Part shown: piece by piece, positions 1 through 8,638 of the stretch
How positions within the stretch are numbered: the first letter of the stretch is position 1
Layout: each line of letters opens with the position of its first letter
Source of the DNA: Phycisphaerales bacterium
GTDB lineage: Bacteria; Planctomycetota; Phycisphaerae; Tepidisphaerales; Tepidisphaeraceae
DNA: 64,000 nt
Direction of reading: 5' to 3'
NCBI GenBank assembly: GCA_020847375.1
Contig: JADLCB010000002.1
Span: 11,877-75,876 of the forward strand
The notes under the pieces: model-generated
What the model was told of the DNA's origin: nothing
Database searches by the model: none
Seen by the model: the letters and a program-made list of their open reading frames with translations, nothing else
Translations under genes and position numbers: made by a program

Positions 1-499
1 CAACTGGCTGGGTGGCCGGCGCGGTTTGCGATTCGCGGCTGGAAACCCATTTGCGCAGGGCATCGCCCTGATCGAATTGCACATCGCTGCGCCCCACCGT
101 GCATTGTGTGGATCCGACAAAACGGATGCGGCCGAGGTTCATCCCGGCATCGCGCAGCATGGTGGTAATTTCATCGAGGCTGATGGTGCGATAAGGCGTC
201 TGCGGTGTCAGGCGCACGAGCACCAGATTTTCAAACGCAGCCAGTTGCTCACCATCGCGCTCGGCCCATCGGCAGATATGCTTCAGCGTCACCTCATTAC
301 CAATGACGTTTGCCTGGGCGCGCAGCTCGATGGTCACGCTCTGCAGCGCGGCATTGGTCGGGACAAATTGTTCCGGTGATGGCGCGGCGCTGGCATGAGC
401 CTGGTGCGGCAGCCCAAACTGAGCGATTATTATCAGGATCAGGATGAAACATCCATGCCATGGGCCGGCGCGTTGGTGGGATCTATTGTTGTTTTGCAT
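1..499 (-). CDS. flgA: FlgA-like flagellar P-ring formation chaperone. Only the 5' part is present: the ORF runs off the left edge and is therefore absent from the ORF track
   Basis: My own reverse-complement translation from the ATG at 499-497 gives MQNNNRSHQRAGPWHGCFILILIIIAQFGLPHQAHASAAPSPEQFVPTNAALQSVTIELRAQANVIGNEVTLKHICRWAERDGEQLAAFENLVLVRLTPQTPYRTISLDEITTMLRDAGMNLGRIRFVGSTQCTV... It is open to position 1 with no stop. The N-terminus looks like a signal peptide. It lies directly downstream of flgF-flgG on the same strand, which is the usual flgA position. Confidence 0.55.
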   Translation of the reverse strand, partial: MQNNNRSHQRAGPWHGCFILILIIIAQFGLPHQAHASAAPSPEQFVPTNAALQSVTIELRAQANVIGNEVTLKHICRWAERDGEQLAAFENLVLVRLTPQTPYRTISLDEITTMLRDAGMNLGRIRFVGSTQCTVGRSDVQFDQGDALRKWVSSRESQTAPATQPV

Positions 500-687
500 G
501 ATGGCGACCTCCTGTCGCTGCAATGGTTGTCAACCAGTTTTACCGGGCGAAACCAGCATCCCGCCGATTTCGCGCTCCCCGGCACTACGTCACTGAGACG
601 AGCGGCCAGCCCTGCTCTGCGAATCGCGTCAGTCGGTCATTCACGCACCGCTCATAGACGCGCCAGACTCGTCATTCGACGCTCCGA

Positions 688-1497
688 TTAGAACCGCCGC
701 AGATTACCGATGGTCTGCAAAGCCTGATCGGCGGTCTGGATCGACTGGCTGTTCAGTTCAAAGGCACGCTGCGTCTTGATCAGTGTCACAAGTTCCTTGA
801 CCGGATCGACGTTGGAGGCTTCGAGAAAACCCTGAAGAATCTGACCAGCGCCATCCTCGCCCGGGTTGGACTCCAGCGGTTCGCCCGTGGCATCGGTCTG
901 GGTATACAGACTCTGGCCCAGCAGACGTAGACCCTGGGGGTTGATGAACTGATACAGACGTAGATTGCCCACTTGCTGCTTGGTGTTCTGACCGGCAATC
1001 GAGGCTTCCACCACACCTTCCTGGCTGATGGAAACATCCGTCGTGCCTGCGGGGATGGTAATGGGCGGAATCAGGCGATAACCATCGCCCATGCCCAGAA
1101 CCAGCTCGCCTTCGTTATTCACAAAAAAATTGCCGTTGCGCGTATATGCCGTGCCATCCCCCACCGTATCCAGCACTTTGACGCGAAAAAACCCATTGCC
1201 GGAGATGCCAACATCGAGCTGACGACCGGTATTTTCCATCGAGCCTTGTTCCGTATCGAGCTGGGTGTTGCTGACGCGCACACCCAGACCGACAAAGATT
1301 CCCGCCGGCGACAAGTCGCCGGCAGCCGTTGTCGTGCCAGGCGGTTTAAGCATGTTGTACATCAGGTCTTCAAAGTTGACCCGGCTGCGCTTGAAGGCGG
1401 TGGTCTCGGCGTTGGCCAGGTTGTTAGCCACCACATCAATGCGCGTGGATAAGGCTCGAAGTCCTGTCGCCGCTGAATGGAGAGCTGTAATTGCCAT
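688..1497 (-). CDS. flgG: Flagellar basal-body rod protein FlgG
   Basis: 269 aa. It has the N-terminal rod signature ALHSAATGLRALSTRIDVVANNLANAETTAFKR and the C-terminal LEASNVDPVKELVTLIKTQRAFELNSQSIQTADQ typical of the Flg rod/hook family. The length fits the distal rod protein. Confidence 0.9.
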   Translation of the reverse strand: MAITALHSAATGLRALSTRIDVVANNLANAETTAFKRSRVNFEDLMYNMLKPPGTTTAAGDLSPAGIFVGLGVRVSNTQLDTEQGSMENTGRQLDVGISGNGFFRVKVLDTVGDGTAYTRNGNFFVNNEGELVLGMGDGYRLIPPITIPAGTTDVSISQEGVVEASIAGQNTKQQVGNLRLYQFINPQGLRLLGQSLYTQTDATGEPLESNPGEDGAGQILQGFLEASNVDPVKELVTLIKTQRAFELNSQSIQTADQALQTIGNLRRF

Positions 1498-1657
1498 GGT
1501 CTACTTTCGGTTATCGGACGAATCAGCCCATTGAATTGAACCATTACGCCGACAAATGTTCTCCGCAACCAAATGAACTCCATGGCGCACCGCCACGGCG
1601 ATGATCTGATGCTGGCGCAACCTCTGCGGTCATGGGCGGGATTTTTCATCCCTCGTG

Positions 1658-2422
1658 CTAACCAATTTTGCCAACATCATTGACCAGCCTGCCCAACATC
1701 GCGTCCTGATAGCGAATCATGTTGGCGTTGGCTTCCAGCAGGCGCTGCGTCTCGATGAGCTGGGTCAATTCGCTGGCGGGAGAGACGTTGGCGCGTTCGA
1801 GAAAACCGCTGCGAACCAGGCCACTGCCCTGAGTCATTGACCCGGCATCAGGGCCGGCCAGAAATCGCCCCTCGCCCATTTTCATCAGTTGTCGATGGTC
1901 GGCCACGTCGTACACACCCAGCCGCCCGACGACCTGTTCCTGCTGATAAATCTGGCCGGTCTCATCGATTTGTGTCGGCAGATTGGGGTTGAGCTGGATC
2001 GGGTTTCCCTGCTGATCCAAAACCCTGGCGGGATTGGTTCCGCCCGTGATCAGATTTCCATCCTTGTCGATGAGCAATCGACCATCGCGCGTGAGCAGGG
2101 TCTGCCTGCCTTCGCGAACCGCAAAAAAACCGTTCCCTTCGATACCCACATCCAGCGTCCGGCCCGTCAGTTCCAGATCGCCGGCGGTAAAATCAATCGC
2201 GGTTGGCGCCAGCTTCAACCCCCCGCCCAGATTTTCCATCAGCGGATTGGATCGACGAGCCAGGGCGCGATTGGCTTGTGCTTCGGTCAATCGTTCCTGA
2301 AAGATCGGCACATCGCGTTTGAAACCGGTGGATTCAGCATTGGCCAGATTGTTGGCGATGACATCCTGACGGTAGCTGTTGGCCATGACGCCGGTCGCAG
2401 ATAGATAAAGCCCGTAATTCAT
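1658..2422 (-). CDS. flgF: Flagellar basal-body rod protein FlgF
   Basis: 254 aa. It has the N-terminal GLYLSATGVMANSYRQDVIANNLANAESTGFKRD and the C-terminal FLERANVSPASELTQLIETQRLLEANANMI. It lies immediately upstream of flgG. Confidence 0.85.
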   Translation of the reverse strand: MNYGLYLSATGVMANSYRQDVIANNLANAESTGFKRDVPIFQERLTEAQANRALARRSNPLMENLGGGLKLAPTAIDFTAGDLELTGRTLDVGIEGNGFFAVREGRQTLLTRDGRLLIDKDGNLITGGTNPARVLDQQGNPIQLNPNLPTQIDETGQIYQQEQVVGRLGVYDVADHRQLMKMGEGRFLAGPDAGSMTQGSGLVRSGFLERANVSPASELTQLIETQRLLEANANMIRYQDAMLGRLVNDVGKIG

Positions 2423-2644
2423 CGCGTTTTATCCCGTCATTCAGCAACACGGACAACTTATCCCGATCTCTTCAGATAAGCGGCGACGGCCCCGGCCATG
2501 AAGACCGGGGCTCGTTCATTCGCCGACGGCATGAGCATCATCCTTGACGCCTGGGCTGATTCCACCAGCCGAGCCAGCACCGTCGATCATCCGCATCTGG
2601 CAGGAGTGACCCTGCTAATTTCTTTTACGCTGCGTCGCCCATCG

Positions 2645-2658
2645 GCAAGGCAGTACCT
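2645..2658 (-). promoter_or_regulatory. Candidate sigma-54 (-24/-12) promoter upstream of flgF
   Basis: The minus strand reads AGGTACTGCCTTGC, compared with the consensus TGGCAC-N5-TTGC. The GG and GC elements are at the exact canonical spacing, and the site is oriented toward flgF about 220 nt upstream of its start. This is a single match by eye only. Confidence 0.25.
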
Positions 2659-2951
2659 ATCCGCGCCATACTCAAGAACCATGCCAGAGAGGCGCACCGG
2701 ATGTGTAAAAATAAAAAAACTGCCTGATGCCATTGATAAATGCTTGGTTTATCCCCTTTTATGAAAACGCCCGCTTCCCTTTTTTTCCATAGCGGCAGTT
2801 CCGACAATCTTTTGTGCAATTCATTTGTGCGCAGAATCCGCCCATCAACGCGCAACAATCGCCCGTGAAAAGATTGAATCTTCGATCATTGACCGGAGCT
2901 GATTACCCCAGGCTGGCTCCATCTGCGACGGCAGACCTGCTGAGAATCGAA

Positions 2952-3797
2952 TCAATCATCACCGCGTTCAATGGGCGCATGATTGTCGGGCAGCAAGTGC
3001 TGCCAGCTATCCGCCTGCACCTCGATGTAATAACGGCCATTGCTGTTGCGAACGTGCAGCGGGCAACGATAGACGCGCGAAAGAAGGTCATCGCGCAAAA
3101 TTTGGGCTGGTGTTCCGCTGCCGGCCAACTGGCCGCGATCCAGCAACAGCACGCTATGGGTGGTGGGGGGAAGTTCCTCGGTATGATGAGTGATGAGAAT
3201 AATGGTTGGACGCTGCCGCTGGGCATGAAGGTGGCTGATCGTTGCCAGAACCTGTTCCCGAGCCAGCAGATCCAGCCCTGACGTTGGTTCATCCAGCAGC
3301 AGCAGTTTCGGCTGTGCAACCAGAGCACGGGCAATCAGGGTGCGGATACGCTCACCGCTGGAAAGTGTGGCGTACTGATGATCAGCCAGCGCCAGCATGC
3401 CAACCTGTTCCAGTGCCTGACGAGCGCGGGTGATCATGGCCGCGGTGGGTTGATCGTATAACGCCAGCGTCGAGAAGAACCCGGTCAGGGCGATGCTCTG
3501 AACAGATAACTCTGGCTGAACATCGTAAGGGCCTGCCGGTTGAACCAGACGAATGTTCTGGCGTAACTGCTGAAGATTCACTTGCCCAAACAGACTACCC
3601 AGTACGCCAACCTGGCCAGCAGTAGGATATAAATGGGCGGCCAGAATGCGGGCCAGCGTACTTTTACCCGAACCATTAGGGCCGAGAATCGCCCCAATCG
3701 CGCCCACGGGTAACTGCCAGTCCACCCCCTGGAGAATCCACCGCTGGGATCGAAGGACACCCACCCCTTTCAAATTAATTGCCAGTTCCGCCGACAT
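2952..3797 (-). CDS. Stand-alone ABC transporter ATP-binding protein (no permease adjacent)
   Basis: 281 aa with Walker A GPNGSGKST, signature LSSGERIR and Walker B LLLLDEPTSGLD. Confidence 0.85.
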   Translation of the reverse strand: MSAELAINLKGVGVLRSQRWILQGVDWQLPVGAIGAILGPNGSGKSTLARILAAHLYPTAGQVGVLGSLFGQVNLQQLRQNIRLVQPAGPYDVQPELSVQSIALTGFFSTLALYDQPTAAMITRARQALEQVGMLALADHQYATLSSGERIRTLIARALVAQPKLLLLDEPTSGLDLLAREQVLATISHLHAQRQRPTIILITHHTEELPPTTHSVLLLDRGQLAGSGTPAQILRDDLLSRVYRCPLHVRNSNGRYYIEVQADSWQHLLPDNHAPIERGDD

Positions 3798-3935
3798 TTT
3801 TTTATTCTGCTCAGATTTTGATCAATCCGACACACACGATGACAATACAACGCAGAAGAATCGCCCAGTCAATGAACCATCGTCTGGCCAAATTGTCCCC
3901 AACTCGCCTGATGACAGAAAAAAATGGCTGAATGC

Positions 3936-3967
3936 AAAAACCCCGGACGCCGTGCACCCGGGGTTTT
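3936..3967 (-). terminator. Intrinsic terminator downstream of rplU (potentially bidirectional)
   Basis: The plus strand reads AAAAACCCCGG-acgccgtgca-CCCGGGGTTTT. On the minus strand the GC stem is followed by TTTTTGC, about 50 nt after the rplU stop. Confidence 0.7.
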
Positions 3968-4016
3968 GAAACGCTCGTTTATTCAATCACGATCAGCCGA
4001 AATCGCCGTCAACCAT

Positions 4017-4328
4017 TCAGGCGTTAATCGCACTGATCTTCAGCTCCACCTGCTCCTGGCGATGGCCTTGCTTACGACGATAACCCTTGCGCCGACGATA
4101 CTTTACAATATCAATCTTCGGCCCTTTGACCTTCCGTAGCACCTCAGCCACCACACTGGCACCGGCTACGGTCGGGGCACCGACTCGAGCTTCGCCCTGG
4201 CCGCCAATGAGCAGCACACGGTCAAACGTGACCTGCTTTTCATCTTCGCCAACCGCCCGATCGATACGGATCGTCTGGCCGCTGGTCACCTTGATCTGTT
4301 GTCCACCACTATCAATAATCGCGTACAT
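4017..4328 (-). CDS. rplU: 50S ribosomal protein L21
   Basis: MYAIIDSGGQQIKVTSGQTIRIDR...GPKIDIVKYRRRKGYRRKQGHRQ is a classical L21 sequence. I prefer the internal ATG at 4328, which has a GGAG upstream, over the ORF-track start at 4343. Confidence 0.95.
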   Translation of the reverse strand: MYAIIDSGGQQIKVTSGQTIRIDRAVGEDEKQVTFDRVLLIGGQGEARVGAPTVAGASVVAEVLRKVKGPKIDIVKYRRRKGYRRKQGHRQEQVELKISAINA

Positions 4329-4512
4329 CGCGGTAATCTCCATCAGAAAATTAAGAGCCGCATATTATGAGGGAACCGAGCGATAACGTCAAGGCGAACG
4401 GAAAAAATGTCAAAATTGGCCATAATTCGGTGTCGCGATGCTTGAATTGTCAGCAATTGGCCGATAAAAGTCCCCCTTCAAGCTGGCCAAATGGTTCCTG
4501 ACAGGCGGATAT

Positions 4513-5004
4513 GTGAAATTTGAACTCATCGACAAGATCGAATCCATCAACGCTGATCGCATCGTGGCGGTCAAGTATGTTTCGCTGGCTGAAGAATATC
4601 TGGCCGACCATTTCCCCAGCTTCCCGGTTTTGCCCGGGGTGCTGATGCTGGAAGCCATTACGCAGGCCGCCGGGTGGCTGCTGCATCAGCGACGCGGCTT
4701 TGCCTGTTCAGTGGCAGTTTTGAAAGAGGCGCGCAACGTTAAATATGGAAATTTTGTCGCCCCGGGTAATAATCTGCGACTGGAAGTCGAGTTTGTGAAG
4801 GATACTGAAGGTGGTGTCAGCTTCCGGGCCACAGGCCAGACCGGGCAGACAACCGCCGTGCAGGCGCGGATCGAGCTGGCTTATTTCAACCTGTCCAAGC
4901 ATGATGCGAGCCTGGCGGAGACTGACGCCAAACTACTGGCTCATACGCGCCGACGCTGGGATGTGATCAAACCCACTACAGCCGCGCGTGATAATCCGAT
5001 ATAA
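4513..5004 (+). CDS. FabZ-like 3-hydroxyacyl-ACP dehydratase (hotdog fold)
   Basis: 163 aa. The motif DHFPSFPVLPGVLMLEAITQAAGW matches the FabZ active-site region, with the His of HFP and the Glu of LEA both present. Confidence 0.8.
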   Translation: MKFELIDKIESINADRIVAVKYVSLAEEYLADHFPSFPVLPGVLMLEAITQAAGWLLHQRRGFACSVAVLKEARNVKYGNFVAPGNNLRLEVEFVKDTEGGVSFRATGQTGQTTAVQARIELAYFNLSKHDASLAETDAKLLAHTRRRWDVIKPTTAARDNPI

Positions 5005-5104
5005 CCTGTTCATACTGTTTGACGTTGACGATTGCGGCAACCGTGCAATCAAATGAGTTGCAAGCCGGGAACAAAAGCTACTACGCCCACGAAAGGGACA
5101 CACA

Positions 5105-5485
5105 ATGGCTATGGATCGTGACGAGATTTTCGCGAAGGTCAAGGAAGTATTGGTGGACGCGCTGGGGGTCGATGACGATGAGGTAACGCCCACCGCCACG
5201 CTACGCGGCGATCTGGGGGCTGAATCAATCGACTTTCTCGATATCGCCTTCCGTTTGGAAAAGGCATTTGGGATCAAGATTCCGCGCGGGGAGATGTTCC
5301 CCGAAGACCTGTTCACCAACGCGGCCTATGTGCAAAATGGCAGGATCACACCGCAGGGCATGCAGGAGATGAAAAAGCGCATGCCACACCTGGATTTCAC
5401 CGAGCTGGAAAAGAACCCTGATGTCAATAACGTCCAGTTCACGGTTGACACCGTGGTGAACTACATCGCCACCAAGGTGGGTTGA
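5105..5485 (+). CDS. Acyl carrier protein with a roughly 45-residue internal insertion
   Basis: 126 aa. The phosphopantetheine-site context LRGDLGAESIDFLDIAFRLEKAFGIKIP is present. The C-terminal FTVDTVVNYIATKV resembles ACP helix IV. The extra residues lie between helix III and helix IV. Confidence 0.8.
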   Translation: MAMDRDEIFAKVKEVLVDALGVDDDEVTPTATLRGDLGAESIDFLDIAFRLEKAFGIKIPRGEMFPEDLFTNAAYVQNGRITPQGMQEMKKRMPHLDFTELEKNPDVNNVQFTVDTVVNYIATKVG

Positions 5486-5545
5486 TGGTCGTTTGCTCCC
5501 TGGAGCGAAATGGCAATCGTTTCTGCTGGATTGTGATCAAATATT

Positions 5546-6040
5546 ATGCGCTGGATCTGGATCGATAAAATCATCGAGCTGGTCTCAGGCCAGTCGGCCG
5601 TCACGATCAAGAACGTGTCGCTGGCGGAGGAACATCTGCACGATCTGTACCCGGCGTTTCCCGTCGTGCCGCACTCGTTGATTGTCGAAGGTTTTGCCCA
5701 GACGGCGGGAATCCTGGTCTGCGAGGCGCGGCAGTTTGCAGAAAAAGTGGTTCTGGCCAAGATCAGCCACGCCACCTTTCATCAGTTGGTCCGACCCGGC
5801 GATTGCATCGAGTTTCGCGCCACCATCGACCAGCTCAGCGAACATGGCGCCAGCACCAGCGGCCAGGTCGTATTGCGCCATCCTGCCGGCGAGCAGCTTA
5901 TCGCCCAGATCAGCATGATGTTCAGCCACATCGATCGCAATATGGCCGGTCTGAGTTTCCCGGAACATAATTTTGTCTTCACCGAACAGTTTGAGCAGCT
6001 CCTGCGCACCTATCAGCGCGACGACGAGATCAAAATCTGA
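5546..6040 (+). CDS. Divergent FabZ/FabA-like hotdog-fold protein
   Basis: 164 aa with the same architecture as 4513-5004. The active-site block reads HDLYPAFPVVPHSLIVEGFAQTAG, so HFP is replaced by LYP and PGVL by PHSL, while the Glu is retained. Confidence 0.7.
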   Translation: MRWIWIDKIIELVSGQSAVTIKNVSLAEEHLHDLYPAFPVVPHSLIVEGFAQTAGILVCEARQFAEKVVLAKISHATFHQLVRPGDCIEFRATIDQLSEHGASTSGQVVLRHPAGEQLIAQISMMFSHIDRNMAGLSFPEHNFVFTEQFEQLLRTYQRDDEIKI

Positions 6041-6110
6041 TTTCGACTGATTTATCAGATAATCCGCATCCGATCACGCGCCATCCCGACGATTAAATCA
6101 CATCTCAAAT

Positions 6111-6144
6111 AAAACTTGAAATACTAAATAAGTTTTCATATACT
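6111..6144 (+). promoter_or_regulatory. Sigma-70-type promoter with an overlapping inverted repeat (candidate TetR operator). It implies a leaderless mRNA
   Basis: -35 TTGAAA (6116-6121), 17-nt spacer, -10 TATACT (6139-6144). The ATG of the TetR gene is at 6151, only 7 nt after the -10. The inverted repeat AAAACTT (6111-6117) / AAGTTTT (6130-6136) overlaps the -35 and the spacer. Confidence 0.5.
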
Positions 6145-6150
6145 ACCTAC

Positions 6151-6771
6151 ATGAAAGTTAAGCGCTCTTCGTCATTTTCAAGGGATGATGATCGGTATGA
6201 CCGTCTGGTTCGCGGCGCCAGACAGCGATTTTTCGCACAGGGTTTCCGCAATGTCACAATGGACGACCTGGCGGTCGAACTGGGGATGAGTAAGCGCACG
6301 TTTTATGCCCTGTTTCGCAGCAAGCGTTTGTTGCTGGAAACGGTGCTGGAACGAAAACTGGCTGACATTGAGCAAGACTTGCAACAAATCAATCAGTCTT
6401 CAAGTAAAACCATTCGAAGCAGACTGACCGAATTGATCGCCACGCTGCAGCGCCATGCTCAGGAATTCCATCCCGCCATCCTGCGCGATTTACAGCGTGA
6501 AACCCCTGACTTGTATGAGCTGTTGAACCAACGTCGCTCCGCACTTATCCAGGAACATTTTGGACAGGCGCTGGGCGAAGCGCAAAAGGCCCGCCTGATT
6601 CGTTCAGATATATCCATCCCGCTTTTGATCCAGATGCTTCTCGGCGCCATTCAACGTCTGCTCGAACCTGAATTGCTGATGAAGTTTCAACTTGGTCCGC
6701 ACGATGTCTTCATCCTGGCAGCAGAGTTTTTCCTGGACGGCGCGGCAGTGCGCCAAGGCAGGTCGTCATGA
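6151..6771 (+). CDS. TetR/AcrR family transcriptional regulator
   Basis: 206 aa with the N-terminal HTH block ARQRFFAQGFRNVTMDDLAVELGMSKRTFYALFRSK. Confidence 0.9.
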   Translation: MKVKRSSSFSRDDDRYDRLVRGARQRFFAQGFRNVTMDDLAVELGMSKRTFYALFRSKRLLLETVLERKLADIEQDLQQINQSSSKTIRSRLTELIATLQRHAQEFHPAILRDLQRETPDLYELLNQRRSALIQEHFGQALGEAQKARLIRSDISIPLLIQMLLGAIQRLLEPELLMKFQLGPHDVFILAAEFFLDGAAVRQGRSS

Positions 6772-7721
6772 AATATTCACGGCTGATCTTATTGATTGCC
6801 CTGTCCTTGCTGGCTGGCTGTCAGCGGGGCAGTCCCGAACTTTTGCAGGGGTATGTCGAAGCGGAATATGTTTATGTTGGCGCGCCGCTGGGTGGAGAAC
6901 TGGAACACCTGCACGTACAGCGCGGGGCAACGGTCAAAGCGGGCGATCTATTATTCGAGTTGGAACGAAGCGCTGATGTGGCCAGTCGTGATGAGGCGGC
7001 ACTGCGCCTGCAGCAGGCGCAAGCGACGCTGGCGGATTTGCAAAAAGGCGTCAGGCCCAGCGAACTGGAGGCACTGCGTGCGCAGATCGCTCAGGCCAGT
7101 GCCCAACTGACCTACGCGCAAACGGAACTGACGCGCATCGAAAAGCTTCGTAAAACATTCAATGCCTCGGAAGATGAACTGCAGCAGGCGCAAGCGCGTC
7201 AGCGCCAAAGTCTCGCCCGCGTTGCCGAAGTAACGGCCAATTTGCAGACAGCGCAACTGGGGGGGCGGGCTGATGTGGTGGAGGCTGCGCGTAATGAAGC
7301 GCTGGCACGGCAGGCGGCCTTGCAACGTGCCCAGTGGAATGTCGATCAGAAGCAGCAAAGCGCCCCCGCTGACGGTGTGGTGTTCGATACGTTATATCGC
7401 GTCGGTGAACAAGTACCCGCCAATCGCCCGGTGGTGGCGCTATTGCCGCCGGAAAATATCAAGGTACGCGTGTTTGTCCCTGAACAGCAGGCTGGCAAGC
7501 TACAGGTTGGCACACCGGCGCGCATAACGGCCGATGGAATCAATGGCGCAATCGATGGCTCGGTCAAATTCATCTCCCCGTCAGCCGAGTACACACCACC
7601 GGTGATCTATAGTCGGGATAGCCGCACCAAACTCGTTTATATGATCGAAATTGCCCTGCCTGACGAGCAACCCGTCAAACTGCGTCCCGGACAACCGGTT
7701 GATGTGGAGCTAAAGCCATGA
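6768..7721 (+). CDS. HlyD-family periplasmic adaptor lipoprotein (YbhG-like)
   Basis: 317 aa. It has the lipobox LSLLAGC, a coiled-coil middle region and a barrel-sandwich C-terminus. It overlaps the neighbouring genes by 4 bp (operon). Confidence 0.85.
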   Translation: MKYSRLILLIALSLLAGCQRGSPELLQGYVEAEYVYVGAPLGGELEHLHVQRGATVKAGDLLFELERSADVASRDEAALRLQQAQATLADLQKGVRPSELEALRAQIAQASAQLTYAQTELTRIEKLRKTFNASEDELQQAQARQRQSLARVAEVTANLQTAQLGGRADVVEAARNEALARQAALQRAQWNVDQKQQSAPADGVVFDTLYRVGEQVPANRPVVALLPPENIKVRVFVPEQQAGKLQVGTPARITADGINGAIDGSVKFISPSAEYTPPVIYSRDSRTKLVYMIEIALPDEQPVKLRPGQPVDVELKP

Positions 7722-8638
7722 ACGATGCCCTGGCAATTGATGTTCGCGGAATGACCAAGCGCTTTGGGTCGCTGGTGGCGGTCGATCACATCGACCTACA
7801 GGTGCGCCAAGGTGAAATCCATGGTTTTCTGGGACCAAACGGCAGCGGAAAGACAACTTTCATTCGCATGCTCTGTGGCTTGTTGAAGCCGGATGACGGT
7901 CACGGAATATGTCTTGATCACAACGTCATCACGCAAAGCGAGGCGATCAAGCGTCAGGTCGGATACATGACCCAGCGGTTCAGTTTCTGGGAGGATTTAA
8001 GCATCCGGGAAAATCTGGATTTCATCGGTCGCATGTATGGCATTGCGCATCGACGTCAGGCGGTGCACGATGCCATGAGGAGGCTGGGGCTGGAAAATCG
8101 TCAGCATCAACTGGCGGGAAGTCTATCGGGCGGATGGAAACAGCGTCTGGCTCTGGCGGCGTGCATGATCCATCGCCCGCGCCTGCTGCTTCTGGATGAG
8201 CCAACGGCGGGTGTCGATCCCGTTGCCCGGCGTGAGTTCTGGGATGAAATCCATGCCCTGGCCGAAGAAGGTCTGACTTTTTTAATCACCACGCATTACA
8301 TGGATGAAGCTGAGCGCTGCCACCGCCTGGCGTTCATCGCTGCTGGCAGGATGCTGACCCGTGGATCGCTTGATGAGGTGGTCGCCGATTCGAAATTGGT
8401 CACCTGGGCGGTAAACGGGCCAGACCTGCAGAAACTGATTGCGCCACTGCAACGGCAACCCGGTGTCGAGCAGGCGACGGTATTCGGTAATTCGCTACAT
8501 GTCAGCGGAATCAACCCGTCGGAGGTTTATCGCGCAATCACCCCTTATCAGCGCAAACCTTACTTCTGGCGGCAGGTCGAACCTTCGCTGGAAGATGTCT
8601 TTGTCCATCTCATGACACGCAAGGCGGTGCCACAATGA
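7718..8638 (+). CDS. ABC-2 type exporter ATP-binding protein
   Basis: 306 aa with Walker A GPNGSGKTT, signature LSGGWKQR and Walker B LLLLDEPTAGVD. Confidence 0.9.
   Translation: MNDALAIDVRGMTKRFGSLVAVDHIDLQVRQGEIHGFLGPNGSGKTTFIRMLCGLLKPDDGHGICLDHNVITQSEAIKRQVGYMTQRFSFWEDLSIRENLDFIGRMYGIAHRRQAVHDAMRRLGLENRQHQLAGSLSGGWKQRLALAACMIHRPRLLLLDEPTAGVDPVARREFWDEIHALAEEGLTFLITTHYMDEAERCHRLAFIAAGRMLTRGSLDEVVADSKLVTWAVNGPDLQKLIAPLQRQPGVEQATVFGNSLHVSGINPSEVYRAITPYQRKPYFWRQVEPSLEDVFVHLMTRKAVPQ

Noticed and set aside
26-691. Plus-strand ORFs 26-379 and 395-691
   Set aside because: The opposite strand carries an uninterrupted FlgA-like reading frame (499 to 1) in operon position after flgG. The plus-strand ORFs have no motifs and use a TTG or weak start.
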